Source: Dehalococcoidia bacterium (lineage in GTDB: Bacteria > Chloroflexota > Dehalococcoidia > Plut-88900). Taken from it: DNA of 64,000 nucleotides. The stretch covers positions 2,976,001 to 3,040,000 of the forward strand of contig OZ240219.1 in the NCBI GenBank assembly GCA_965197645.1, given 5' to 3'. The notes under the pieces were generated by a model. That model was not told where the DNA came from. It saw nothing but the letters and a program-made list of their open reading frames with translations, and searched no databases. Every line of letters begins with the position of its first letter. Within the stretch, counting starts at the first letter, position 1. This document shows positions 40,087-51,723 of the stretch, piece by piece. Both the position numbers and the translations under genes were made by a program.

Positions 40087-41427
40087 ATGGCTACGGAACG
40101 AACTATCAAGAGCCAGTGGCGGGAATCGGTGTACGGGATGTTCTGGCCCGACTTTGTTGAGGCTCCTTTAGGGAATCTTTGCGACGACGTCAACGGGATT
40201 CAAACAGGGCCGTTCGGCAGCCAGCTACACCAACGGGACTATGTCTCAACCGGAACACCGATCATCACCGTCGAGCATTTGGGCGAGAATCGCATTACGC
40301 GCCGGGATATGCCCTGTGTATCGGAATACGACAGGAATAGACTATCCAAGTACTCTCTTCAGGAGGGTGACATTGTTTTCAGCCGTGTCGGTTCTGTTGA
40401 TAGGCGGGCCTTGGTGCGTCAGTCCGAGCAAGGGTGGCTGTTTTCGGGACGCTGCCTAAGGGTGCGTCCTAACGGCAACGAGATTTACCCAGCGTACCTT
40501 TCATATTTTTTTGGTCTACCGGCATTTCGAGAATACATAAGATCGATTGCAGTTGGGGCGACCATGCCATCGCTAAACACCCAACTATTGAGTGAAGCGC
40601 CGATTCTGTACCCTCCTCTCCCCGAGCAACGCGTCATTGCCCACGTCCTCGGCACACTGGACGATAAGATCGAGCTGAACCGCCGCATGAACGAGACCCT
40701 GGAGGAGATGGCGCGGGCGCTCTTCAAGTCATGGTTCGTGGACTTCGAGCCGGTGCGAGCCAAGATGGAGGGCAGATGGCGTCGCGGCCAGTCCCTCCCC
40801 GGCCTCCCCACCGACCTCTACGACCTCTTCCCCGACCGCCTCGTGGACTCAGAGTTGGGAGAAATCCCGGAGGGGTGGGAGGTGAAGGCGCTGGGGGATT
40901 GCTACGACTTGACGATGGGACAGTCCCCACCAGGCAGTACCTATAACGATAACGGTAATGGAACACCGTTCTTCCAGGGCAGTACGGACTTCGGGCAGCG
41001 CTACCCCACCAATCGCCGTTACTGTACGGAACCCACGCGGCTGGCACAGGCTGAAGACACCTTGGTAAGCGTCCGTGCGCCTGTGGGGACAATCAACCGT
41101 GCGTGGGAGCGGTGCTGCATAGGCAGAGGGGTTGCCGCGCTCCGGCACAGTTCGGGCTCCGCGCCCTACACATACTACGCTATTTGGGGGGCTCAACCGC
41201 AAATAGGCCAATACGAACACACTGGGACCGTGTTTGGCGCAATCGGCGGTCAGCAGTTCAAGGCATTGCTGATGTTGGAACCACATGACAAGACGGTCGC
41301 AGCATTCCACCGTCTCGGGCAGGACTTGGATAGTCGCATCAGGTTCAATGTCGATGAGTCACGCGCGTTGTCCGTCCAGCGTGATGAGCTGCTGCCGGGG
41401 TTGGTGAGTGGGGAGATACATGTATGA
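40087..41427 (+). CDS. hsdS: Type I RM specificity subunit
   Basis: Two TRDs, PPLPEQRVIA..L..LDDKIELN, GEIPEGW, RDELLP.LVSGE. Confidence 0.93.
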   Translation: MATERTIKSQWRESVYGMFWPDFVEAPLGNLCDDVNGIQTGPFGSQLHQRDYVSTGTPIITVEHLGENRITRRDMPCVSEYDRNRLSKYSLQEGDIVFSRVGSVDRRALVRQSEQGWLFSGRCLRVRPNGNEIYPAYLSYFFGLPAFREYIRSIAVGATMPSLNTQLLSEAPILYPPLPEQRVIAHVLGTLDDKIELNRRMNETLEEMARALFKSWFVDFEPVRAKMEGRWRRGQSLPGLPTDLYDLFPDRLVDSELGEIPEGWEVKALGDCYDLTMGQSPPGSTYNDNGNGTPFFQGSTDFGQRYPTNRRYCTEPTRLAQAEDTLVSVRAPVGTINRAWERCCIGRGVAALRHSSGSAPYTYYAIWGAQPQIGQYEHTGTVFGAIGGQQFKALLMLEPHDKTVAAFHRLGQDLDSRIRFNVDESRALSVQRDELLPGLVSGEIHV

Positions 41428-42701
41428 CTGAGTTCAATGATCGCGTCAGAGACTCTGTAGCAGTAGCGAACCTGAAACAAGCCAATGCTACTTTAGCCCA
41501 GTTGTCAGCTATGGATTGGGAACATCAGACAAGGGTCGATCTCATCAACAGGCTCTCCTCTGTAGGGAAAGACACGCTCGCTCGGCTAAGCACTAATCGT
41601 GACTTCATAGCCCAGCATATGCTCGACAACCTCGAAAATCCATCCCGAGAGTTTCTCAATTGGATCAACAACATTGCTGATACGCCCATGGAAGATGACT
41701 CGTACTGGCAAGAGGCAAGTAACGCTGCCGACGATCTTCTGTTGGCTGCATCAACGTTGCCAAGCCTGCGTATTCGTACAACTGGAGAGGTATTTGAGAG
41801 AGCCACAGCACAATTCGATCACGAAGTGCAATCGTCTATGAGCGCACTCTCAGAGCGATTAGCAGAGATAAGCTCTGAAATGGCCGACACAAATAACCGT
41901 ATCGAGCAAGCCTCGACGGCATTCAACGAGCAAATTGCACAACTTGAGGCCAGAGCAAGCGATCAAGTTGCTCAAGCAGAAAACTCAACAAATGCTCTCC
42001 TGGAAGAAGCACGAGCAACCAGAGACTCCTTGCTAGGGCAAATTCAAGGGGCCAGTGAGAGGTTGCAGCGTGAAGTTACAGGCATTCAAGAAGTTTTTCG
42101 GGACTCCCAAAGCGAGCGCGACGAGGAATTCAAGAGTTCTCAAGATACGCGCTACGAGGAATTCCATCAACGGCTTAACCCTTCTATAGTGGACGTAGAG
42201 GATTTTCGGGATCAGGCAAGAAGTATGCTGGAGGAAGTAGCTGGTGCAGGCACGGCGGAACACTATGTCGGCCACAGCCAACAACAAAACAAGACCGCAA
42301 ATATTTGGCGTTGGATAGGCGTTAGTGCGCTATTTGTCATGGCCCTAGCCTCTGTTTGGGTATTCTATGAGTCCTCACGAACAGCACAGGATTTTTCATT
42401 TGCATGGCTAATTGCTCGTACCGGCCTATTGGGGTCCATACTTATATTTGCTGCTTATGCTTTAAGACAGTCCAGCCATCATCGACGGCAGGCAGAGAAT
42501 ATGGGACGACTAGCCAACGAACTGCAGCTGCTCTGGCCGTTCATGAATCGACTACCTAGTGAACATAGGGAAGCTCTTCTTTTGGAGATCACTCCTTTGT
42601 ACTTTAGGGGTGAGTCAAGTGATGACCCAAGAATCGATAGTCAGGGCCTAGCTAGTAGGCTGCTAGAAAAGCTAGGGAAAGCCAGAGTAGAAGGCGACTG
42701 A
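41424..42701 (+). CDS. Coiled-coil protein with two C-terminal TM helices, inside the RM operon
   Basis: 425 aa, long heptad region, two hydrophobic helices near C-terminus; ATGA overlap with hsdS; lower GC. Confidence 0.8.
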   Translation: MTEFNDRVRDSVAVANLKQANATLAQLSAMDWEHQTRVDLINRLSSVGKDTLARLSTNRDFIAQHMLDNLENPSREFLNWINNIADTPMEDDSYWQEASNAADDLLLAASTLPSLRIRTTGEVFERATAQFDHEVQSSMSALSERLAEISSEMADTNNRIEQASTAFNEQIAQLEARASDQVAQAENSTNALLEEARATRDSLLGQIQGASERLQREVTGIQEVFRDSQSERDEEFKSSQDTRYEEFHQRLNPSIVDVEDFRDQARSMLEEVAGAGTAEHYVGHSQQQNKTANIWRWIGVSALFVMALASVWVFYESSRTAQDFSFAWLIARTGLLGSILIFAAYALRQSSHHRRQAENMGRLANELQLLWPFMNRLPSEHREALLLEITPLYFRGESSDDPRIDSQGLASRLLEKLGKARVEGD

Positions 42702-42709
42702 TTACTCAC

Positions 42710-45700
42710 ATGACCACCCTCACTGAGGCTGACGTCGAACAGGTCGCCCTTGATTGGCTGCAAGGCCTTGCCTGGACTGTCGCACGCGGCCCGGACATCG
42801 CTCCCGGAACGCCCGGTGCCGAGCGGGACGACTACGGGCAAGTTGTGTTGGAGCGACGGTTGCGGGACGCCCTCGCGGACCTCAACCCCACCCTGCCCAC
42901 TGATGCCCTGGACGATGCCTACCGCAAGCTCACCCGCCCTCAGGGTTCCTCCCTCGAAGCTCGCAACAGCGCCTTTCATCGGATGCTGGGCAACGGCGTG
43001 GACATCGAGTATCGGGATTCCGATGGACGGGTGCGCGGAGACCAGGTCCGGGTCATCAACTTTGAGAACCCGGCCAGCAACGACTGGCTGGCCGTCAACC
43101 AGTTCTCCGTCACAGAAGATTCGCACACCCGCAGGCCGGACGTCGTGCTGTTCGTCAATGGCCTGCCCCTGGGCATCATCGAGCTCAAGAACCCCGCAGA
43201 CGAGGACGCCACCATCTGGACGGCGTGGCAGCAGCTGCAGACCTACAAGGCCGAGCTACCCACCCTGTTCTCCATGAACGAGGCGCTGGTGGTCTCGGAC
43301 GGGACCGAGGCCCGCATTGGCACGCTGACGGCGGGACGGGAGTGGTTCAAGCCCTGGCGCACCGTCACCGGTGAGACGCTGGCCGACCCGCATGTGACCG
43401 AGCTGCAGGTGATGCTGGAGGGCGCCTTCGAACCAGGTCGCTTCCTCGCCCTCGTGCGCGACTTCGTCGTGTTCGAAGACGATGGCGGCGGCGCCCTGGT
43501 CAAGAAGATGGCGGGCTATCACCAGTTCCACGCCGTCCGCGTCGCGGTGGATGAAACCCTACGGGCGGCGATGCTGCAACGGGCGGAGACTCGGGCCGCG
43601 GAGGAGAAAGGTCACTACGAATCGGGGCGAAAGCCAGGTGGGGAGCCGGGGGACCATCGCATCGGGGTAGTCTGGCACACCCAGGGGTCGGGCAAAAGCC
43701 TGACTATGGCCTTCTATGCAGGGGCTATCATCAGGGAACAGGCGATGGAGAACCCGACCATCGTGGTGCTCACGGACCGCAACGACCTGGACGACCAGCT
43801 CTTCAGCACATTCTCTCGCTGCCAGGATCTGCTGCGCCAGCCGCCAACCCAGGCGGAGAACCGCGCCGACCTGCGCAGCAAGCTGTCGGTGAACGCCGGG
43901 GGCGTGGTCTTCACCACTATTCAGAAGTTCTTTCCAGAGGAGAAGGGCGACACCCACCCTACGCTATCGGAACGGCGCAATATCGTCGTCATCGCCGACG
44001 AGGCCCACCGCAGCCAGTACGACTTCATCGACGGGTTCGCCCGGCACATGCGAGACGCCCTGCCCAACGCTTCCTTTGTCGGCTTTACGGGAACGCCCAT
44101 CGAGTTGCAGGACGCTAACACCCGCGCCGTGTTCGGCGACTACATCAGCATCTACGACATACAACGCTCCGTCGACGACGGGGCTACCGTACCTATCTAC
44201 TACGAGAGCCGCCTGGCCAAGCTAGCCTTGGACCAGAACCAGAGGCCGAATATAGACCCGGACTTCGATGAGGCGACCGAGGGTGAGGAGGTAGAGCGAA
44301 AGGAGAAGCTCAAGACCAAGTGGGCGCAGCTCGAGGCGATAGTCGGCTCGGAGGAGCGTGTAAAGCAGATCGCCGAGGACATAGTGACCCACTTCGGCCA
44401 GCGGACCGAGGTGCTGAAAGGCAAGGCGATGGTCGTATGCATGAGCCGGCGCATCTGCATCGACCTATACCAGGAGCTGGTTCGCCTGCGCCCCGACTGG
44501 CACGATAACGATGACGCCAAGGGGGCTATGAAGGTGGTGATGACCGGCTCCGCCTCCGATCCCCTGGACTGGCAGCCCCACTTCCGCAATAAGTCCCGAC
44601 GGGAGGAGTTGGCCCAACGGTTTCGCGACCCTGTCGACCCGTTGAAAGTCGTGCTGGTGCGGGACATGTGGCTAACGGGCTTCGACGCGCCCAGCCTGCA
44701 CACGATGTACGTGGACAAGCCGATGCGGGGACACGGCCTCATGCAGGCCATCGCCCGCGTGAACCGGGTGTTCAAGGACAAACCAGGAGGCCTAGTCGTG
44801 GACTACCTGGGGCTGGCCCAAGACCTGAAACAGGCCCTGGCTACCTACACAGAGAGCGGCGGCAAGGGACGAACGGCGCTGGACCAGGACGAAGCAGTGG
44901 CGGTGATGCTGGAGAAGTACGACGTGTGCTGCGCCCTGTTGCACGGATTCGACTGGTCGCTGTGGACCACGGGCAACGCACAGGACCGGTTGGGACTGTT
45001 GCCACCCGCTCAGGAGCACATCTTATCCCAGGAGGACGGCAAGGAACGATGCATGAAAGCAGTGCGAGAGCTGTCGCAGGCTTTCGCCCTGGCCGTGCCC
45101 CACCCGGAGACGACACGTATCCGTGACGACGTGGGGTTCTTCCAGGCAGTGAGGGCGGCCCTGTCGAAGCGGGCGACTGCAGAGGCACGCCCGGAGGAAG
45201 AGCTGGACCTTGCCGTGCGCCAAATAATCTCCCAGTCGGTGGCGTCCGAAGGAGTGATGAACATCTTCGCTGCCGCGGGACTGGATAAGCCGGACATCTC
45301 GGTGCTCTCCGATGAGTTCCTGGCCGAGGTTCGTGACATGCCTCATCGCAACCTCGCCGTCGAGTTACTTCAGAAGCTGCTCAGTAGCGAGGTGTCCACT
45401 CGGCGCCGTAAGAACGTGGTGCAAGCCCGCTCCTTCGCCGAGATGCTGGAGCAGACGCTGCGCCGTTACCAGAACCGGGCGATAGAAGCAGCCCAGGTAA
45501 TCGAGAAGCTGATCGAGCTTGCCAGGGACATGCGAGAGGCTAACGCACGCGGCGAGCGGCTAGGGCTGTCCGAAGACGAACTGGCCTTCTACGACGCGCT
45601 AGAAACCAATGACAGCGCGGTGCAGGTGCTCGGCGACGAGACGCTTCGGGACATCGCCCGACAGCTGGTCGAGACCATCCGTAACAATGCCACCATCGAT

Positions 45701-45853
45701 TGGACGTTGCGGGAGAACGTCCGAGCAAACCTCCGCCGGTCAGTTCGCCGCATCCTGCGCAAGCACGGCTACCCACCCGACAAGCAGGAGAAAGCGACAA
45801 AGACCGTCTTGGAACAGGCGGAGGTCCTGTCAGAAGGCTGGGCAGTTGCCTGA
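42710..45853 (+). CDS. hsdR: Type I RM restriction subunit
   Basis: [47 protein letters not shown]. Confidence 0.95.
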   Translation: MTTLTEADVEQVALDWLQGLAWTVARGPDIAPGTPGAERDDYGQVVLERRLRDALADLNPTLPTDALDDAYRKLTRPQGSSLEARNSAFHRMLGNGVDIEYRDSDGRVRGDQVRVINFENPASNDWLAVNQFSVTEDSHTRRPDVVLFVNGLPLGIIELKNPADEDATIWTAWQQLQTYKAELPTLFSMNEALVVSDGTEARIGTLTAGREWFKPWRTVTGETLADPHVTELQVMLEGAFEPGRFLALVRDFVVFEDDGGGALVKKMAGYHQFHAVRVAVDETLRAAMLQRAETRAAEEKGHYESGRKPGGEPGDHRIGVVWHTQGSGKSLTMAFYAGAIIREQAMENPTIVVLTDRNDLDDQLFSTFSRCQDLLRQPPTQAENRADLRSKLSVNAGGVVFTTIQKFFPEEKGDTHPTLSERRNIVVIADEAHRSQYDFIDGFARHMRDALPNASFVGFTGTPIELQDANTRAVFGDYISIYDIQRSVDDGATVPIYYESRLAKLALDQNQRPNIDPDFDEATEGEEVERKEKLKTKWAQLEAIVGSEERVKQIAEDIVTHFGQRTEVLKGKAMVVCMSRRICIDLYQELVRLRPDWHDNDDAKGAMKVVMTGSASDPLDWQPHFRNKSRREELAQRFRDPVDPLKVVLVRDMWLTGFDAPSLHTMYVDKPMRGHGLMQAIARVNRVFKDKPGGLVVDYLGLAQDLKQALATYTESGGKGRTALDQDEAVAVMLEKYDVCCALLHGFDWSLWTTGNAQDRLGLLPPAQEHILSQEDGKERCMKAVRELSQAFALAVPHPETTRIRDDVGFFQAVRAALSKRATAEARPEEELDLAVRQIISQSVASEGVMNIFAAAGLDKPDISVLSDEFLAEVRDMPHRNLAVELLQKLLSSEVSTRRRKNVVQARSFAEMLEQTLRRYQNRAIEAAQVIEKLIELARDMREANARGERLGLSEDELAFYDALETNDSAVQVLGDETLRDIARQLVETIRNNATIDWTLRENVRANLRRSVRRILRKHGYPPDKQEKATKTVLEQAEVLSEGWAVA

Positions 45854-46606
45854 GGCTCAATGCCGTATAACCTAACGGTTGGTACAAAGACTGGGGGCTT
45901 AGCAAACCTATGAATGGATCGCACGCTGGGAGTCCGCCGCCGGCTCGATTGCTCTAGGTGGAAACACGTCGAAACTCTGCGTAGCGTTGATTTACCACAC
46001 CTGCCTATTAGGCGGCAGGGTCGAGACCGCCTTAGGTGCGCTCTCTTTCTATATTGAGGTAAGCGATTGATCACCAACACCCACATGGAAGACCTCAGTA
46101 CGACACCTACAAGGGTTCCCCCAGACTTCCCCGAGCGGCCGGTGCTGGTGGGCGAAGGGACGCCAAAGCATGGCAGCTGACGATGGCGACTCAGGGCTAT
46201 CCACTGGACGACGCTTGGTGGTTACCAACCGCTCCGAGGGTGGCGGTGTCGAGTTGGAGTTGGTCTCCGCGACAGAGGAACACCTGGAGGACAGACTTGC
46301 TTGCATGGGCGAGAACCCGAAGGTTTCCAACGATCGCGACATCTCATTCCGCCTTCTGCGCCACCTCTCCTCGTCCGTCAGGCACCAACAAGTACCACAG
46401 TGTAGACATCGTGTCCGTCAACGTTACGAATACGGGAACCCGATTAGCACCTACATAGAGGATGGCGCGGTACGCAAATCTGTGTCCTGCTGACGTGAGT
46501 AGCGGCTGTAGACAACCCTGAGAGACAGCTGTCAGGAGGCCCTGACTTGTCCCAGCATTTCCCCTCCTGCAAACTAAGACCCAGGCTGAACCGGAACTCT
46601 CCCCAT

Positions 46607-47362
46607 TCACCGCCTGACGACTCCCTGGGGATCGGATGTCGACGCCTTCCGGTTGAGCGCCTTATCTAGGATGGAGAAGGCTTCGTGGATTCCAAGGCTC
46701 TCCTCCCGGCATTTGCAGGTCTCCTCTTGTACGAGTAATGCTTGGGCGATGAACCCGGCCATCTGCAGCAGGTAGTCGTCCTCGGAGCTTCTGAAGGTGG
46801 GTCCTCCTATGACGTTCTCCACGGGGATGTTCCTGGTCCGCTCACCCTCCTCCCACAGCTCGTACCTGCTGGGCACGGGGTTGAACATCCTCAGCCGCCG
46901 GTAAGCCCGGGTGATCATCTCCTCTTTGCCTTCATCGAAGATGAGGAAGGCGTGCCGGACCGCCGACTTTACCGAGGTGTTGACGCGGTTTAAGAGCCGG
47001 TCGAGGCTGACCTGCTCGTACCGCTGGCTCTCCAACCTTTTCAGGCAGACGTTAATGACCTCTACGCCGCCTGAGCTCCTAGCAGCATTCTCGATGCGGA
47101 GCAGCCCGCCCAGGAAAATATCTGCTCCCTGTACCGGGGTGACCAACCGGCAGATCTTCCCGTCCCGGACCAGCATCCCCTTCGCCAGCAGGTCGCAGGT
47201 GTGAAGCCCCATGTCCGTGGGAATGCCGTATCGATCTCGCAGCTCCAGCCTCCACTCCCTGATGGCTTCGAACAGGTCATCCCACCGCTCCGCGTCAACG
47301 CCCAGCGCGGATCGGACATAGTACCAGGGCCCCTCGGACTCGCTGATATAGTACAGTCTCAT
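46607..47362 (-). CDS. DUF3800-like protein with degenerate acidic motifs
   Basis: YYISES (cf. Y.DESG), LIFDEG, LLQMAGFIA (cf. Q.AD..A); AAGGAGG RBS. Confidence 0.65.
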   Translation of the reverse strand: MRLYYISESEGPWYYVRSALGVDAERWDDLFEAIREWRLELRDRYGIPTDMGLHTCDLLAKGMLVRDGKICRLVTPVQGADIFLGGLLRIENAARSSGGVEVINVCLKRLESQRYEQVSLDRLLNRVNTSVKSAVRHAFLIFDEGKEEMITRAYRRLRMFNPVPSRYELWEEGERTRNIPVENVIGGPTFRSSEDDYLLQMAGFIAQALLVQEETCKCREESLGIHEAFSILDKALNRKASTSDPQGVVRR

Positions 47363-47375
47363 AACTTTCACCTCC

Positions 47376-49043
47376 TTAACAGACTCTCCGTTCAGTGGCC
47401 CTCGTATCGAATATGAAGCTGGGTCCCGAGCCCTTGGCCGTATGCCACGCCGACCCCAGGGGCCCCACTTCCTCCAGCAGCCTCCTGTGGGACACGAGCA
47501 GAGGGACCCTTACTCCCGTTACGTCCATCTCCTCCCCTGCCACCCGCAGGAAGTGAGACGCCGCCAGGTCGTCGTCGAAGATGACCAGTACGGCGGGCTG
47601 AGCGCTATGATCGTCGGTGGGTTTCTGGGACGAGAAGTAGCGCAAGTAGGGAGCGAGCCGGTCGGCCATGGTCACCGGCCGTACGGCCCGGCGCTCCCAC
47701 TCGAGAAAGAAGGGCCGTTTGTCGGCGTCCCTGCACAGGACGCCGAAGGCGTCGGGGTGGATGGAGCGCAGCCCGCCCCGGTGGCGGAAGTATCTCGCCG
47801 CCCGCAGAGGAGGGTCGAGCTGAACCAGCTCCCACCCCAGGGAGCTGGCCTGGCGTGCCAGAGACGAAACGAAGGCGTGGACCGCCGCCGTGTGCTCGAC
47901 GTTCCTGAGCAGCTGGCGGCTCCTCCTGCCTGATACGTTCCGCCAGTCGAAAGGGGCCTGCGGGTCAGTGGGCGACACGCTCCACCGCTTCTTGGCCACG
48001 CCCACCGAGGTGCGGTCCCTACGGGCCAGCAGCTCCAGCCCGGCGTCGGTGAGAGCCAGACGGCGGCCGGCTGCGGGAACCCGTGCCGCCAGGCCGAACC
48101 CTGCCAAAGAGTTCAGCAGCTGGGACACCCTGGGACCCGATACGCCCAGCAGTCCACCCAGGTCGCTGGGGGTTATCCAGGGCCAGTCGTAGAGCAGGTC
48201 GAGGACGCGTTTCTCGGAGGGCTTGAGCAGGGCCGGCATCACGTGGTCCGGGAGGTCCCGCTCCGGATCCCCCGGGACCAGGTCACCGGACAGGGTTGCC
48301 CGGGCCAATGGCCGCTCCGGCGAAATAGGGTCGCCGGGACGTGCCCGGGCCAGCACCGACCGTAGGTCGATGGTCGCGCTTACCGAAGGCAGATGCCACA
48401 CCGGGTCGTCGACGCCGGCCAGGACTGCATCGCGCTCCAGCGCCAGCGCGGCTGTCACGGGAAGACCTGCCAACAGCCTGCGGGCATGTCTCAGCCGCAC
48501 CCCGTCGGGCACGAGGAAGAGGACGGCGCCGGGGAGGGTTCCCTCCCTGAGCCTCCAAAGCCGCTTGGCGAAGCCCGTCCTGTCGGAGGTGCGCCCCTGC
48601 CGGACCACTCCCACGGCCCCCCCATCGGGAAGCTCGAGGACGGCGTCCACCGGCATGGCCCTGTACCAGCACAAGCGTACGGGGTGTACGACGTCGGAGA
48701 CCGCGGATGCCAGGCGGTAGATGACGGCCACGGCGTCCAGGCGTTCCATCAGGAGGCGACGCCAGTGGGCGGAGACGGGCCGGCTGTGCAGCAGCTCTTC
48801 CAGGCCGATGCCCTCCTCCTCCGCCACCCGGAGGAGCCCAGCAGTGGTGAGGTGGAATCTTCTCGTCGGCGGGACCAGATCGGTGGCGTGGGGGACGGCG
48901 GCGACCAGCCCCCGGTCCTCCAGCCTGCGCACCGCCTCGTAGACGGCGCCCCTGGACCTTCCCAGGATGGCCGCCATGTCGAGGCGGTCGAGGAAGGGCA
49001 TCCCGGCCATGATTCGCAGCAACTGAATGTCTACGGGACTCAT
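47376..49043 (-). CDS. Replication-relaxation family protein (tandem domains), putative relaxase
   Basis: Paralog of 10665-12317; HTAAVH, HPDAFG, FFLEWER. Confidence 0.75.
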   Translation of the reverse strand: MSPVDIQLLRIMAGMPFLDRLDMAAILGRSRGAVYEAVRRLEDRGLVAAVPHATDLVPPTRRFHLTTAGLLRVAEEEGIGLEELLHSRPVSAHWRRLLMERLDAVAVIYRLASAVSDVVHPVRLCWYRAMPVDAVLELPDGGAVGVVRQGRTSDRTGFAKRLWRLREGTLPGAVLFLVPDGVRLRHARRLLAGLPVTAALALERDAVLAGVDDPVWHLPSVSATIDLRSVLARARPGDPISPERPLARATLSGDLVPGDPERDLPDHVMPALLKPSEKRVLDLLYDWPWITPSDLGGLLGVSGPRVSQLLNSLAGFGLAARVPAAGRRLALTDAGLELLARRDRTSVGVAKKRWSVSPTDPQAPFDWRNVSGRRSRQLLRNVEHTAAVHAFVSSLARQASSLGWELVQLDPPLRAARYFRHRGGLRSIHPDAFGVLCRDADKRPFFLEWERRAVRPVTMADRLAPYLRYFSSQKPTDDHSAQPAVLVIFDDDLAASHFLRVAGEEMDVTGVRVPLLVSHRRLLEEVGPLGSAWHTAKGSGPSFIFDTRATERRVC

Positions 49044-51651
49044 TCGCTCTGCTCCCCGTCAGGCACGCTCTCGTCGTCCCCGCCATCCCGGTCGTGCTTG
49101 CTTCGGCGCTTCCACCGCCTCAGGGGCTTGGGATCGTCGCTCTCATTCTCCGCCTGCCCCTGTCCCGGAGAGGAGTCCTCACCTTCTCCGATGGTCTCTA
49201 GATTTTTCCGGTACTGCTGCACCTTCTTCTGTGCTTCCGCGTTGGCTTCCTCTATGTCGCTGGCATCGGTGACGTATGAGGACGTTGCGGCGCGGATGCG
49301 GGCCGCCCTCTCCGGGTCTCCCCGCTCGGGCTTGCGCACCATCATGGAGAAGGCGGGCATCCGCGTCGTGCCCACCGTGGCGCGTACGTAGCAGTGGTGC
49401 ACCGGCAGCGACGTGATGTCGTCCTCGGTCACCCGGTCCCTGCCCAGCTCCCACACCAGCTGGCGGGCGTCGGACCCGGCCACCTGGAAGACGGCCAGGC
49501 AGCCCACGTTGGCCAGCAGCGTATCCCGCATGGTGCGGGAGAGGTCGTCCAGCTTGGCGAGGCTCTGGGTGGCCAGGACGAAGGAGGCGCCGAACTTCCC
49601 CAGCTCCGACAGCATCGTCTCGTAGCCCACGCCGGGCATCGACTGCATCTCGTCCACTACGACGAGAGCGCCGCGCCGCTTCTCGGGGGGAAGGCCTCCC
49701 TGCTCCCTGATCACGACGTCCACCAGGTTGAGCAACGACGCGCCCACGAGGGCGGCTACGTCCCGGCCCGCAACCCCCTGAGCGGTGGATACCAGCAGGA
49801 TGCCGCCCTCAAGGATCGTGCTGCGCAGGTCGATGGTGGAGCGGGACTGGCCCAGGATGGCCCGCGCCCGCTTGGAGGAGGCGTAGTAGGAGAGGCGGGT
49901 CTGTACCGGGGCCAGCGCCTCGGCCCGGTACTGGCGGTGCCAGCTTGCGAAGTCCCTGGCCCACCACTCCAGCAGGTAGGGGTCGTTCACCTTGGCCAGG
50001 ACCGAGTTGCGGAAGGGGTCGTTGGAGAGCAGCTTGAGGCCGTCCAGGATGGTGTGCTGCTCCTCTGCGTCGGTCGTGGGGTGCTCGTTGGCCTCGTGGA
50101 GGGTCTTGACAGTCTGCTCCAGGATCGACTGCATCCTGGGCCCCCACTGCTCCCAGAGACCCCTGGCGACCCGCACCACCGAGTCGGCGGTGCGGTCGCG
50201 GTCTGTAAATATCCTCGTATCGAGGAGGTTGATGCCGGGAGCGCCCCCCTCGCCGGCCAGGTCTATGAGGCGCACCCGGTCGATGAGGGGCTCGGGAACA
50301 TGCTCCAGCAGCCCCTCCACCAGGTCGGCGTGGGGGTCCACCACGACGATGGCGTCTCCGTCCCTGCCCGCCGCCTTCTCCTGCATCTTGTGAACGACCA
50401 GGTGGTGCATCAGGGTGGACTTGCCCATGCGGGTGCGGGCCACGTAGAGGTGGTGGCGACGCACCACGTCGCCGGAGAAGTGGACCTTCCGGGGCGCTCC
50501 CGTGGTGGTGTCCCCCACGTGGGCCCCGCCCTTCACGCTCTGCGCCGTGGGAAGGAGCACCCTTGCCCCGGAGCGGGTCACCAGGGGCGTCTCGTCCCCC
50601 GCTCCCGGCGGGTGCCACAGGGCGGCGACCTCCCGAACACCGAGGACGCTGCGCCGGCCGAATATCCCCGCTCCAGCAGGCTGCAGGGATGCGATGGGGG
50701 CAGCAACGGGGCGGACCTTCCCCACGCTGAAGCGTGCTCCTGCGGGATGGTCGTAGTGGCGGTAGGCCGTGGCCACCTGGCCCAGCAGCTCTCCGGCGCG
50801 CTGGGGCCGGCTGCCCCGGGGCAGGACGGCGACGACCTGGAGCTCGGCGTCGAAGGCGATGCGGGAGACCTTCTCCTTTATCAGCAGCGGGTCGTAGACG
50901 CGGGAGCGGGCCCTCTTCCACCGGTGCCAGGCCCAGCCCGCCGCCGCCAGTCCCAGGGCCGTCCCGGCGCCCAGCAGACCGGCCTTCCAAGTCTCTCCCG
51001 CCTGCACCCACGTGTAGCCCTTGACGGCCGCCAGGGCGCCGCTCCCAGAACGGCCATGGTTACGCCGTTGACCTGGGGAGGCCCGGTGGGGTGGGTGTAG
51101 GGGGTATCCCCTGCATCAACCACCGGACGCCGGTGGGCCCTCTCCATGTGGGACCGGGACCAGTCGGGTCCCAGGGAGCGCAGCAGCAGCCTCGCCACGA
51201 TGCGCTCTCTCTCCTTCAGGTCGGCCAGGGCGCCCAGGAGTGTGAGAAGGGGGTCGGAGCCGGGGTCCAGCAGGTCGTCGTCCCGGAAGGTGCGCAGGGG
51301 GGCGTACACGGGGCCCCGGGACCGCAGGGTCATGCTCCATGCTTGCTCCTCTTCCCCCAGAACCAATGGGTCTTCTTCCTCCGGCACCTCGCGAATGCGG
51401 GCCTGAGGGTAGTGGATCGATATCTGCTGCCTCACCACCTCGCCGTCGATGCAGCGGGCCATCAACGTCACGCCGTCGGCCTCTCCCGCCAGCTCCAGGG
51501 AGAAGGGCTCGGGGACCGCTATCGACTGGAGCAGGTTCTCCACACCCAGCAGGGTGCGCTCTCCGGTGCGCGGCGGGGTGACCGCCAGCAGCACCGGGGG
51601 TCTCTTGTTGCTGTCGTCTCCAAACAGGAGTTTCTTGGGGTTCAGCTTCAT
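49040..51651 (-). pseudogene. virD4: VirD4-like coupling protein with 1-bp frameshift near 51040
   Basis: ORFs 50881-51651 and 49040-51007 together match the 831-codon ICE-A gene; break falls in the first TM helix. Confidence 0.82.
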
Positions 51652-51723
51652 AGGGTTCAGTCCTTTCTGTACAGATGCACATGCAATGCTGGTGCATCCG
51701 TCGTTCTGCTTCTTCTCTCCGGC

